From positions 6,415 through 51,515 of the forward strand of contig JAGVWY010000019.1 of NCBI GenBank assembly GCA_018304055.1: 45,101 nucleotides of DNA, read 5' to 3'. The stretch is from Candidatus Pacearchaeota archaeon. GTDB taxonomy: Archaea > Nanobdellota > Nanobdellia > Pacearchaeales > GW2011-AR1. A program made the translations under genes and the position numbers. Of the stretch, positions 8,473 through 17,418 are shown in pieces. The first letter of the stretch is position 1; every line of letters starts with the position of its first letter. A model generated the notes under the pieces. It saw only the letters and a program-made list of their open reading frames with translations, made no database searches and was not told the origin of the DNA.

Positions 8473-8702
8473 TGCAGGAAGAAAGAACAAAAATAATCTC
8501 TTTCTTGAACACTGAACCATCTAAACTAGGATTGCATTTTAATAATTGGAGTCAGAATAAATTAGCCAAATTTGCGAAGCAAAATAATATTAAAATAAGT
8601 CCTTCGCAAATTTGGAGAATAATAAAAAAAGAAGAAATAAAATATAAGACAAAGAGAAGCAAGATGTATAGCAATGATAAAAAATTTTTGAGAAATATTT
8701 GA
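8472..8702 (+). CDS. IS630-family transposase, helix-turn-helix segment (frame 2 of 3)
   Basis: This frame is open from 8406 and reads SRGGRPRRIMQEERTKII ... WSQNKLAKFA..ISPSQIWRIIKK. That is the GRPR + HTH arrangement typical of IS630 transposases. Confidence 0.7.
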   Translation: MQEERTKIISFLNTEPSKLGLHFNNWSQNKLAKFAKQNNIKISPSQIWRIIKKEEIKYKTKRSKMYSNDKKFLRNI

Positions 8703-9223
8703 GATTGAGAGAGCTTTACTCTAATAATAATCCAAATGATGTAGTGATTAGCTTTGATGAAAAAGCCAAGATAGCAATAAAAGAAAACTCTGGAAGTGTT
8801 TATACAAAAGAGAAGAAAGTATTTTATCCTTCAAAACAAAAAGTGAAAGGCCTTCTTGAAATGCCTGCGGGATTAAACGTAAAAAATGGAAAAGTTCATT
8901 ATTGGTTTTATGATTGGAAAAATTCTTTTATTGTTATAGAATGTCTTGAAAAATTATTGATAGAATATCCTGACAAAGAAATTTATGTTATTGTTGATAA
9001 TTGGAGTGCGCATAAATCTTATTCAATAAAAGTGTGGAATTATTTTCATCCAAGATTACATCTTGAATACTTGCCAAGCAATGCAAGTTTCTTGAACAAG
9101 ATTGAAAGAGTTTTTTCTTTTTTAGCTAAGGATGTTTTACAAAATAGTAATTTTCAAACAGTTAGAGAAGCAATAGAAAAAATTTCAAATTATTTTGATA
9201 AGGAGGGAAGTATTATGGTTTAG
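8699..9223 (+). CDS. IS630-family transposase, DDE catalytic segment (frame 3 of 3)
   Basis: ISFDEKAKI, VIVDNWSAHKS and LPSNASFLNKIERVFS correspond to the D, D, E motifs of IS630/Tc1. The frame is open from 8681 with no plausible independent ATG. Confidence 0.8.
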   Translation: MRLRELYSNNNPNDVVISFDEKAKIAIKENSGSVYTKEKKVFYPSKQKVKGLLEMPAGLNVKNGKVHYWFYDWKNSFIVIECLEKLLIEYPDKEIYVIVDNWSAHKSYSIKVWNYFHPRLHLEYLPSNASFLNKIERVFSFLAKDVLQNSNFQTVREAIEKISNYFDKEGSIMV

Positions 9224-9232
9224 TGTACTTAA

Positions 9233-9487
9233 CGAATTACCTTGTATGGGATATACTAATCCACCAGAATGTTGATGAAGAGTTCTATGACAATTATCTA
9301 TCCTACCATCCTGATGGAAAAAACCATTAGCATCTGAACCAAGAGGTTGTGCTCTAATTTTTAAATTACCTGGAATTGGTCCTAAAGAAATCGGCTGTTC
9401 ATTAAAATTTATTAAATTTATATGTACATAATTCAATTCAGAAATCTGGTCTTTAAGTTCTATCTTAGAAGCATTAGCCTTCACCAT
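9233..9487 (-). pseudogene. 5-prime part of a small gene interrupted by the IS630 element
   Basis: Track ORF 9185..9487 runs from the ATG at 9487 straight into the IS right end. The reading frame resumes on the far side of the IS (see 8080..8147). Confidence 0.4.
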
Positions 9488-9542
9488 TTCTTTAATTTTG
9501 TTATTATGTTCATAATAAGTTTTCCATCTTCATCTAAGGCGA

Positions 9543-10964
9543 CTACGTCGCCTTCCCCATACTCATTTTCGCAACTGCCATTCCAGCTTTTACAAACGCA
9601 TTAAATTGTTTTAGATTTCTTACTTCCATTAATTTTTTAACAATAATTCGAGGTCTAAAATAATATTCTCTATAGGCTCGTTGCTGCATTTCCAACATCA
9701 AATCATACTTACTTTCTCCATATTCAAATAATGGTTCATTAAATGCATTGAAATCTTCCCATTTTTGAGAAAAGACTTTTCCTTCTTTTGCAATTTTTTC
9801 ATAATAGGGACTTCCAGGAACAGGGGTATATACTTGGAATTGAGCTATGTTCAAATCAAGTTCTTTAGCAAATTCTATTGTTTGAAGCATTTGTTCTCTT
9901 CCTTCACCTTCGTTACCAAACATAAAAAACCCTTCAGTGATTAATCCAGCTTGTTTTGCCCATTTCACAGATTGTTTAATTTGCTCTTTTGTTTCGCCTT
10001 TCCTCATTTTTTTCAATATTTCAGGATTACCAGATTCTATTCCAAATGCAACTAAATAAAAACCTGCTTTTTTCATGTGTTTTAACATAGGCAAGGTAAC
10101 TCTATCAGATCTTATTCCATTTCCTGTTTTAAGAATTAAATCATAATTTCTTTGAATTAATAAATCACATATCTCCTTTACTCTTTGGGGCATGAAAGTA
10201 AAATTATCATCAATAATATTAATTTCTTTTACGCCATACTTATTTACTAACTCGTCAATTTCAGCTAGAACATTTTCAGGACTTCTAAATCTAAATTGTT
10301 TACCTTGCGTTCTGAAATTACTGCAAAATGTACAGCTATAAGGGCAGCCGCGGCTACTCATTAATGTCATAAAAGGGTATCTCCTTACTCCAGGAGTCCA
10401 ATATTTATTTAAGGGAAGTAAATCCCTTGCTGGAAAAGGTAATTTATCTAAGTCCTGTATTAAAGGTCGTGTAGGAGTAACTTTAATTACTCCAAATTCA
10501 TCTCGATAAGAAATTCCTAAAATAGTTTTAACAGAATAATTATTTTCTAAAGCTCTTGATAATTCAAGCATGATATCTTCAGCTTCACTAATAATGCAAT
10601 AATCAATATCTTCACATTCTTTTAAAGTCCTAATCGGCTCCATTGTTGGATGAGGACCACCAACAGCAGTTTTAGCTTTTGGTAATACTTCTTTAGTAAT
10701 TTTTGCTAAGTGGTATGCTTCCATAACAGTGTTAGTTGTCGCTGCCATTGCAACTAAATCTGCCTTGCTATTTTTAATCAAATTCTTTTCCATTTCTTCA
10801 TTAGAACGGAGAGCAGCCAAATCTAAAACTTGAATATCAATACCATTAGCTCTTAAATAAGAAGCAATATAAGCTAATCCTAAAGGAGGGAGAATCATAG
10901 TAGCTTCTTCAGAAACATAACTATACACTTTCAGATAATTTGGCGCTATTAAAAGTACTTTCAT
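9543..10964 (-). CDS. B12-binding-domain radical SAM protein (paralog A)
   Basis: N-terminal Rossmann-like B12-binding region (KVLLIAPNY..PPLGLAYIASYL). Radical SAM triad GCPYSCTFC (Cx3Cx2C). GIESGNPEIL follows downstream. Confidence 0.85.
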   Translation of the reverse strand: MKVLLIAPNYLKVYSYVSEEATMILPPLGLAYIASYLRANGIDIQVLDLAALRSNEEMEKNLIKNSKADLVAMAATTNTVMEAYHLAKITKEVLPKAKTAVGGPHPTMEPIRTLKECEDIDYCIISEAEDIMLELSRALENNYSVKTILGISYRDEFGVIKVTPTRPLIQDLDKLPFPARDLLPLNKYWTPGVRRYPFMTLMSSRGCPYSCTFCSNFRTQGKQFRFRSPENVLAEIDELVNKYGVKEINIIDDNFTFMPQRVKEICDLLIQRNYDLILKTGNGIRSDRVTLPMLKHMKKAGFYLVAFGIESGNPEILKKMRKGETKEQIKQSVKWAKQAGLITEGFFMFGNEGEGREQMLQTIEFAKELDLNIAQFQVYTPVPGSPYYEKIAKEGKVFSQKWEDFNAFNEPLFEYGESKYDLMLEMQQRAYREYYFRPRIIVKKLMEVRNLKQFNAFVKAGMAVAKMSMGKAT

Positions 10965-11077
10965 TTTCCACTCTTTTATATTATTTTGATATATAAAAAA
11001 TTTGTTAATTTAAATAATTATCTATTGTTAAGTTTTACTACAATAATCTTTATATAATCTTTTTTGTTCGTGAAAAG

Positions 11078-11881
11078 ATGAAAAAAATCCTTTTAATTTT
11101 TGCGATAGGAATAGTTGCTTTATCCTTGATTATTGCTTTAAAACCGAATTTTGTTGCTGCTGTTTCTAAAGGAGGAGCAGATGTAATTGTTCCAGAACAT
11201 GTTGTAGAAATTGCTCCTGGAATCTTCAGTTTAGGTAGTTCAGTGGATAAAGATGGAAGAAAAGTTGAGGGATATCTATTATATCACCATAGAGAAAGCC
11301 ACACAAAAGGAGGAGATTCTGGAACTGGAGGAAGTTGTTTCAGCTTTCTTGCTAGTGGAGCAAAATGGAAAACTATAGAGCCATGGATAGTAAATACTAA
11401 TAATTCAGAAGAATTAACGCAGGATTTTATTTTTAATAATTTAATTACGGATATTCAAAAATGGGAAAATGAAGCAGGAGTTGAAATACTTGGTGATGGA
11501 AGTATAACCTCTGATTTTCTAAGCGCAGATACTTCTTCTCCTGATGGACTAAATGAAGTATATTTTGCAGATATATCTGATTCTGGAGCAATAGCAGTAA
11601 CAATTGTCTGGGGGATTTTTAGAGGGCCTCCAAGCCAGAGAGAATTAGTTGAATGGGATATGATATTTGATCAGGTTGATTTTGATTGGTCATCAACAGG
11701 AGAAATTGATAAAATGGATTTTGAGAATATAGCGACGCATGAAATAGGTCATTCAACAGGAATGGGACATCCAGATAATAGTTGTACTGAAGAAACAATG
11801 TATGCGTTTGCTGATTATGGCGAAACAAAGAAAAGAGATCTCAATACAGGGGATATAACTGGAATTCAAAGGTTGTATTAA
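11078..11881 (+). CDS. secreted metzincin (matrixin-like) zinc metalloprotease
   Basis: N-terminal signal/anchor MKKILLIFAIGIVALSLIIAL. Zinc site HEIGHSTGMGH (HExxHxxGxxH) is followed by a Met-turn candidate, EETMYAF. Confidence 0.75.
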   Translation: MKKILLIFAIGIVALSLIIALKPNFVAAVSKGGADVIVPEHVVEIAPGIFSLGSSVDKDGRKVEGYLLYHHRESHTKGGDSGTGGSCFSFLASGAKWKTIEPWIVNTNNSEELTQDFIFNNLITDIQKWENEAGVEILGDGSITSDFLSADTSSPDGLNEVYFADISDSGAIAVTIVWGIFRGPPSQRELVEWDMIFDQVDFDWSSTGEIDKMDFENIATHEIGHSTGMGHPDNSCTEETMYAFADYGETKKRDLNTGDITGIQRLY

Positions 11882-12019
11882 CTAAGACATATAAATACTT
11901 TGACGGCATCGTGCTATTAAAGATTATTTCGATTTGTTAAAAACAATGTCAGTTGAACAATTAACAGAAATCATGAAAAGTTGGGATACAAATTTTGATA
12001 AGGAAAATAAATGAGGAAT

Positions 12020-12940
12020 TTACAGAGCCAACAAAAACAAAACTACATATAAAAGCGGAACTATAATAAACATTGTAAATTCAGTTAGGTGGTGAATTTT
12101 TTTTACAATGTCGTCTTTTTTTCTTTCATGTAATTCTAATAACATAACATTGAATACAAAACTTAGTAGAATAACAAAGTAAGATAATATCATGAATTTA
12201 TCTGCGAAGGTTAAATAGCTTACTGGTGGAATTTGATTTGCAAGAGAAACATGGAACATAACTGAAGCGACTAGCGCAGAACCAACCATTGCTAATCGTG
12301 TTGTAATTTTATCAGGATCTAATACGAAACTTGATAGCATAACTAAGATTATGAAGGCAATTGGAAGAAATGTCTTGATTATCGAATTAATTGTAATCCT
12401 TGAAATTGGGATTGAAAACCTGTATTGCGAATAAGTCTCGTTATAAACTGGATAATAATGTTCATCAATAGAAACATTCCATTCTTCAATATACCACCCT
12501 GCAAACGCTATTGAAGAATCAAGTCCAGTTTCATCTAAATTTGATAAATAAACTACATCATTTATTGTATATTTTTTATCTTCAATTAGGATATTAAGAC
12601 TTTGGCTATCAAAAGGAAATCTCTTAAGATCAATCGGACTGGATAATGCGGCTTGGATTCTATAGAAGGTTTCATTATCCTTATCTATTATTTTTTCGGT
12701 ACTCGCCGCTCTTCCATTAACAAATTCAAAATCTTGATTTTTGCAATTCTTTGAACATTTTAAAGACATATAAAAATCAACTGTGTACGATCCTGTGGAA
12801 ATATCAAATTTGCCTATATTAAGTATATAAATTCCTATACTAATTTCGTTTGTATTTGTCAAATTCGTTAATTCAGTGGCAGTGCCTGAATTAATCATAA
12901 GCACAATTACCGATATTATAAAAAATAATACGTGTTTCAT
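12020..12940 (-). CDS. pentameric ligand-gated ion channel (Cys-loop superfamily, prokaryotic type)
   Basis: Signal peptide, a beta-rich N-terminal domain with the loop signature RFPFDSQSLNI (FPFDxQ), then four hydrophobic helices at the C-terminus (M1-M4 pattern). Confidence 0.75.
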   Translation of the reverse strand: MKHVLFFIISVIVLMINSGTATELTNLTNTNEISIGIYILNIGKFDISTGSYTVDFYMSLKCSKNCKNQDFEFVNGRAASTEKIIDKDNETFYRIQAALSSPIDLKRFPFDSQSLNILIEDKKYTINDVVYLSNLDETGLDSSIAFAGWYIEEWNVSIDEHYYPVYNETYSQYRFSIPISRITINSIIKTFLPIAFIILVMLSSFVLDPDKITTRLAMVGSALVASVMFHVSLANQIPPVSYLTFADKFMILSYFVILLSFVFNVMLLELHERKKDDIVKKIHHLTEFTMFIIVPLLYVVLFLLAL

Positions 12941-13005
12941 TAAAAAGTATGATTAGATGTATTTAAAAAATTTGTTGTAATTATCTGTTGTAATATTTTC
13001 ATTTA

Positions 13006-14226
13006 TCACAACAACCTCTGTTGATAATACAAGCCAAAAGCCTTTAATGCTCTTTCTCTTAAATACCAGAAATCTTTATTTTCTATTTTAATTATTTTCT
13101 CTAATATATTATAAGTTTCTTCTAAATATTTCTCGTTGTTTTCTAATTTGAATTTTAATAAATAATAAATAGGAAGAATTATTTTTAATCCAACATCTTT
13201 CCAGTTTAATAAAGGACTTATAAAAGGATTATCTTTCTCCTTTAATTGTTTGTAATATCCAATATTAAGAAGATATTGTGCTGGATAAAAATTAAATCCA
13301 AGTCTTTCTTTTAAATAAGGCTTAAAATAAGTATAAGGAAGTTTTTTTAATAAAGCTTCTTCAACTTCACTATTAGCAATTTTGCTTAAAAAATATTCGA
13401 AAACAGTTATTATATCTTTTAAAGCCACGCTCCATAATTTTTCGTGATTAATATAAAAATCTAACTTTAATTTAAAATTTGTCGCAAGTTCAATTTTCTT
13501 AGATAAGTTAGGTATTTTTTTATATAGATCAAAAAAACTCTCCCTGTAAATTTTTGAAAATATTTTCATTCTTTCTAAAGAAGTAGGAGCAAATTTATTA
13601 TTCAATATTAATAAAGCTTCGCAAATAGATAAATAGCATTTATAACTCCAGAAAATTTTTATATTTTTTTGATCTTCATTATATTCTTCTCTTACTCCAA
13701 GCAACATTGTGTGTAATTTGTTAAATAAATTTCTTAAACCTTCAGAAACTGGAATATCTGAAGGATTAATCTCAGGTATTTTATCCAGAACAGATTTATC
13801 CCCATAAATAACTTTGCTTCCATATTTTAATTCGTAATATCTTTGCGTTTTCATTAATTTATTTAATTTATTAAATGGAATACATCTAACATCAACATGA
13901 AAAAACTTCTTGCTATCATATCCTTGTTCAGGAGAATAAGCTATTTCTAATCCTCCCATATTAATAGCATGAGAGGCGTTCATTGAAATTTTATTCAACT
14001 CTTCATCTGCTAATTTTTTTTCTGTAACAACATAAAAGTCAAAATCATTATAAGGAACAGGTTTATTGTTAATAAGCTGTATACTTCCCTCTCCCTTTCC
14101 AAATCCACCAAATAAAATAATAGCAATAGGATTACAATCTTTTATAAAACTACTTTTAATTTTATTTAGGTAATGATCTTCTATGTATTTGTCTACCTTA
14201 TCTCCATATAAGGTGTATTTTCCCAT
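13006..14226 (-). CDS. nucleotidyltransferase-fold (pol-beta superfamily) protein with large helical C-terminal domain
   Basis: LFGGFGKGEGS ... NDFDFYVV fits the G[GS]-x(n)-DxD NTase motif. The ATG at 14226 is preferred over the TTG at 14238. Substrate unknown. Confidence 0.5.
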   Translation of the reverse strand: MGKYTLYGDKVDKYIEDHYLNKIKSSFIKDCNPIAIILFGGFGKGEGSIQLINNKPVPYNDFDFYVVTEKKLADEELNKISMNASHAINMGGLEIAYSPEQGYDSKKFFHVDVRCIPFNKLNKLMKTQRYYELKYGSKVIYGDKSVLDKIPEINPSDIPVSEGLRNLFNKLHTMLLGVREEYNEDQKNIKIFWSYKCYLSICEALLILNNKFAPTSLERMKIFSKIYRESFFDLYKKIPNLSKKIELATNFKLKLDFYINHEKLWSVALKDIITVFEYFLSKIANSEVEEALLKKLPYTYFKPYLKERLGFNFYPAQYLLNIGYYKQLKEKDNPFISPLLNWKDVGLKIILPIYYLLKFKLENNEKYLEETYNILEKIIKIENKDFWYLRERALKAFGLYYQQRLL

Positions 14227-14366
14227 GGGTATGCTCAATAGAATATGTATTAAAAATGTTTTTATTATAGAAACGTATTAATTTTAAATGCATGGTTAAT
14301 TAAAAAGTAAAGAGATGATGATTAAAATATCAAAAAATATATAAACAATTGTTAATTTCTAAAAAC

Positions 14367-15773
14367 ATGAAAAAACTGTTGTTAATTCAGCCAAATTATA
14401 GAAGTGTTTATTCTTATGCAGGTAGTCAAACTGCTACTCCTATTTATCCTCCTCTTGGATTAGCGTATATAGCTGCTATCGCACGCCAACATGGATTTCC
14501 TGTTAAAATTATTGAGGCAAATGCTCTTGGTCTTAGTCATGAACAAATAAAAAAAGAAATTAATGATTTTAATCCGGATTTTGTTGCAATGTCTGCGAGT
14601 TCTAGTATGATGGATGAAGTTGAGAAATTAGCTAAATTATGTCCAGCTAATGTTAAAGTTATTTTAGGAGGAATTCATGCAAGTTCAATGCCTGGAGAAG
14701 TGTTAAGAGATTATCCGCGAATAGACTTAGTTGTTAGAAGAGAGGGGGAAGAAACAATTGTAGAACTTTTAAATGAAAAATCTTATAGCGAGATAAGAGG
14801 AGTTTCATATAGAGATAAAAGTGGAAAAATTATTCATAACCTAGATTCTACTTTTATTGATGACCTTGATTCATTGCCATTCCCAGCGAGAGATTTGCTT
14901 CCAATGGAGAAATATTTCAGTTTTGAAGCAAGACAGTATCCTATTGACTATATTGTAACAGGACGAGGATGTCCTTATAAATGTACATTTTGCGCAGACT
15001 TCATCACTTCAGGAAGAAAATTAAGAATTAGGAGTGCAGCAAATATTGTAGCAGAAGTAGAATACCTTGTTAAAGAATATGGAGTTAAAGAAATTGACTT
15101 CCAGGATGATAATTTTACGTATTATGCAGATAGGGTTTTTGAATTCTGTGAGCTGATGATAAAAAAAGGTTTAAACAAAAAAATTATATGGAAAGTTGCT
15201 AATGGAGTTAGATGTGATAAACTTACTTTACCAATGTTAAAAAAAATGAGACATGCAGGATGTTACATGCTATCATTAGGAATAGAATCAGGCAATCAGG
15301 AAATTCTTAATAAAATGAAAAAAGCTGAGACCTTGCAGGATATTAAAAATGCAGCTATATGGTGTAGAAAGGTAGGTATTGAAACAAGAGGGTTATTTAT
15401 TTTTGGAAATTTGGGAGAAAATCGAAAAACAATGGAGGACACTATTAGATTCGCTAAAAGCATTCCTTTAGATACTGCAACTTTTCATATATGTATTCCT
15501 ATGCCAAAAACAGAGTACTGGGAGATTATACAAAGAGATGGAAAGTTCTTAGATGTTGGATGGAAAGGTTATACTGCTTATTCTACCGGAGCATTTATTC
15601 ATGGTAACGTAACACCTGAGCTAATGAGCGAGATGCAGAAAAAAGCTTATAGAGAATTTTATATTCGACCAAGTTTTATAATGAGAAGATTATTGAGATT
15701 AAAAACATTAAAAGACGTTGCCCTAACATTTAAAGGGGGCATGGAAGTTTTGAAGTTCGCAAACAAGCATTGA
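14367..15773 (+). CDS. B12-binding-domain radical SAM protein (paralog B)
   Basis: Collinear with paralog A (PPLGLAYIA, LPFPARDLLP, RGCPYKCTFC, GIESGNQEIL). The ATG at 14367 is preferred over the TTG at 14349. Confidence 0.85.
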   Translation: MKKLLLIQPNYRSVYSYAGSQTATPIYPPLGLAYIAAIARQHGFPVKIIEANALGLSHEQIKKEINDFNPDFVAMSASSSMMDEVEKLAKLCPANVKVILGGIHASSMPGEVLRDYPRIDLVVRREGEETIVELLNEKSYSEIRGVSYRDKSGKIIHNLDSTFIDDLDSLPFPARDLLPMEKYFSFEARQYPIDYIVTGRGCPYKCTFCADFITSGRKLRIRSAANIVAEVEYLVKEYGVKEIDFQDDNFTYYADRVFEFCELMIKKGLNKKIIWKVANGVRCDKLTLPMLKKMRHAGCYMLSLGIESGNQEILNKMKKAETLQDIKNAAIWCRKVGIETRGLFIFGNLGENRKTMEDTIRFAKSIPLDTATFHICIPMPKTEYWEIIQRDGKFLDVGWKGYTAYSTGAFIHGNVTPELMSEMQKKAYREFYIRPSFIMRRLLRLKTLKDVALTFKGGMEVLKFANKH

Positions 15774-15785
15774 GTTATTATCCTG

Positions 15786-16601
15786 TCATAAATCGTCTAA
15801 TGGATTTTTTATTGATTTAACTTGTTCTTGGGAGATGTGGGTGTAAATTTGTGTTGTTGCTATCGAGCTATGCCCAAGCAAAAATTGTATTTTCCTTATG
15901 TCTACACCTGCATCTAATAAATGAGTTGCAAAACTATGTCTTAGAGTATGTGGATGTGCTTCTTTGTTTATTCCTGATTTTAAACAAGCTTTTTGAACAA
16001 TTTTTTGAATATTCCTAGTTGTTAAAGGTTTATTTTTTGAAAATAAATAATCCAAATTATTTTTTTTAATAAAATGTTGTAATCTTTTTGAAAGTTTTTT
16101 TGAGATAATAAACATCCTATCTTTTTTCCCCTTACCCTCTCTAACCCAACCTATATTTTCATTAAAATCTATATCAGAAGATTTAAGCTTCACTATTTCA
16201 GAGACTCTTAATCCAGATGAATATAATAGCTCTAATATCAATCGGCTCTTTTTTGTTAAAGCTGCATCAAAAAGTTTAATAACTTCTTCTTTAGTTAAAA
16301 CAATAGGAAGTTTTTTTTGGTTTTTTGGACGTTTGACATTTATTGTGGGATCTTTTCCTAAAATATTTGTATATGCAAATTTAATCGAGGATAAAAATAA
16401 AATAACTGAACTTGAAGATTTGTCATTCATTTTATCAGCGAGAAAGTTTTTTACATCCTGTGAATCTACTAATGATGATTGTTTGTTTGAATGTTCAAGC
16501 AATTGTTTATTAAAATCAAGATAATTTCTTAAAGTATATGGACTTAATTTAGAAATTTTAATTTCTGTTTCCAGTTTCTTGAGGAATTCTTCTTTGTTCA
16601 T
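15786..16601 (-). CDS. tyrosine recombinase (XerA/XerC/D-like) or integrase
   Basis: Catalytic pattern GLRVSE (R), HTLRHSFATHLL (HxxR) and GHSSIATTQIYTH (H..Y). The 271-aa length is typical of Xer proteins. Confidence 0.85.
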   Translation of the reverse strand: MNKEEFLKKLETEIKISKLSPYTLRNYLDFNKQLLEHSNKQSSLVDSQDVKNFLADKMNDKSSSSVILFLSSIKFAYTNILGKDPTINVKRPKNQKKLPIVLTKEEVIKLFDAALTKKSRLILELLYSSGLRVSEIVKLKSSDIDFNENIGWVREGKGKKDRMFIISKKLSKRLQHFIKKNNLDYLFSKNKPLTTRNIQKIVQKACLKSGINKEAHPHTLRHSFATHLLDAGVDIRKIQFLLGHSSIATTQIYTHISQEQVKSIKNPLDDL

Positions 16602-17218
16602 GTTTTAATCCCTAATTTTTTTAAGTCTTTTTTTAATTGTGTATGATTTTGGAAATGAATTGTTTTCATGCCGAGTTTTTGCGCAGGAATTAAATTATGT
16701 TCTTTGTCATCAATAAACATGATTTCACTTGGATTTAGATTTGATTTTTTTATAAGTAATCTATAGAATTTTATGTTAGGTTTTTTTAATCCTTGTTTAT
16801 AAGATGTAAGTTTAATATCAAAATGAGAGTAAATTCCTTTAGATATTCTTATAATTTCATGATGCTTTGCAACATTAGTAAATGCTATTAAAATATAATT
16901 TTTCTTCAAAGATTTTATTATATTTACAACTTTTGTGTTTATTCTAAAATTTTTTTCTATTAAATACTCCCATTCTTTTGAAAATATTCCCGGATTTTTT
17001 ATTCCAAGATTTTTTGAGATCTTCTTATAATATTGTTGGAGAGAAATCTTCCCACGAATTATAGCATCTGAATTTTTATATATGTAATCTCTAAGAATAT
17101 TGACATTAATATTAAATTTTTTTGCTAACTCTTTTCTAACTTTTGTCATAATAGAGTGCAATACAACTCCTCCAATGTCAAACACTATAGCTTTTATCTC
17201 TTTTTTTCCAGATTTCAT
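16598..17218 (-). CDS. HAD-superfamily hydrolase
   Basis: Motif I variant VFDIGGVV, motif II AFTN, and motif IV region FIDDKEHN. It overlaps the recombinase start by 4 nt. Confidence 0.7.
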   Translation of the reverse strand: MKSGKKEIKAIVFDIGGVVLHSIMTKVRKELAKKFNINVNILRDYIYKNSDAIIRGKISLQQYYKKISKNLGIKNPGIFSKEWEYLIEKNFRINTKVVNIIKSLKKNYILIAFTNVAKHHEIIRISKGIYSHFDIKLTSYKQGLKKPNIKFYRLLIKKSNLNPSEIMFIDDKEHNLIPAQKLGMKTIHFQNHTQLKKDLKKLGIKT

Positions 17219-17418
17219 ACACTTAATTGTGCGAACTTATTTAAAAGGTTTTATGTCCTTAAAATTAATGACATTAATTATTCACTAATTAGAGTAAACA
17301 AATATATTAAAATAAGAGCCTATTATTATTAGTAGATTTTTATGGAGGTGACGAGTAATATCATATTGACAAATTATAATGCTGAATAACAAATAATTAT
17401 ATGATATTATGAGATAAA

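Larger units (their letters stand above)
8148..9232 (+). mobile_element. IS630/Tc1-mariner-family insertion sequence (about 1.08 kb)
   Basis: Terminal inverted repeats are TTAACTACACTAA (8148-8160) and TTAGTGTACTTAA (9220-9232), complementary at 12 of 13 positions. TTAA (containing the family-typical TA) sits at both outer ends. The element encloses DDE transposase ORFs. Confidence 0.6.

Noticed and set aside
12020-14226. NTase plus ion channel as a CBASS-like signalling pair (nucleotide second messenger gating a channel effector)
   Set aside because: The channel's ligand-binding domain follows a signal peptide and should face outside the cell. The NTase-fold protein shows only the generic GG..DxD motif and no cGAS/DncV-like features that I can see. 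Adjacency alone is insufficient.
9543-15773. Invertible segment driven by recombination between the two inverted radical SAM paralogs
   Set aside because: The paralogs are similar at protein level only. The nucleotide sequences are too diverged, with no long identical stretches seen, to support homologous inversion.
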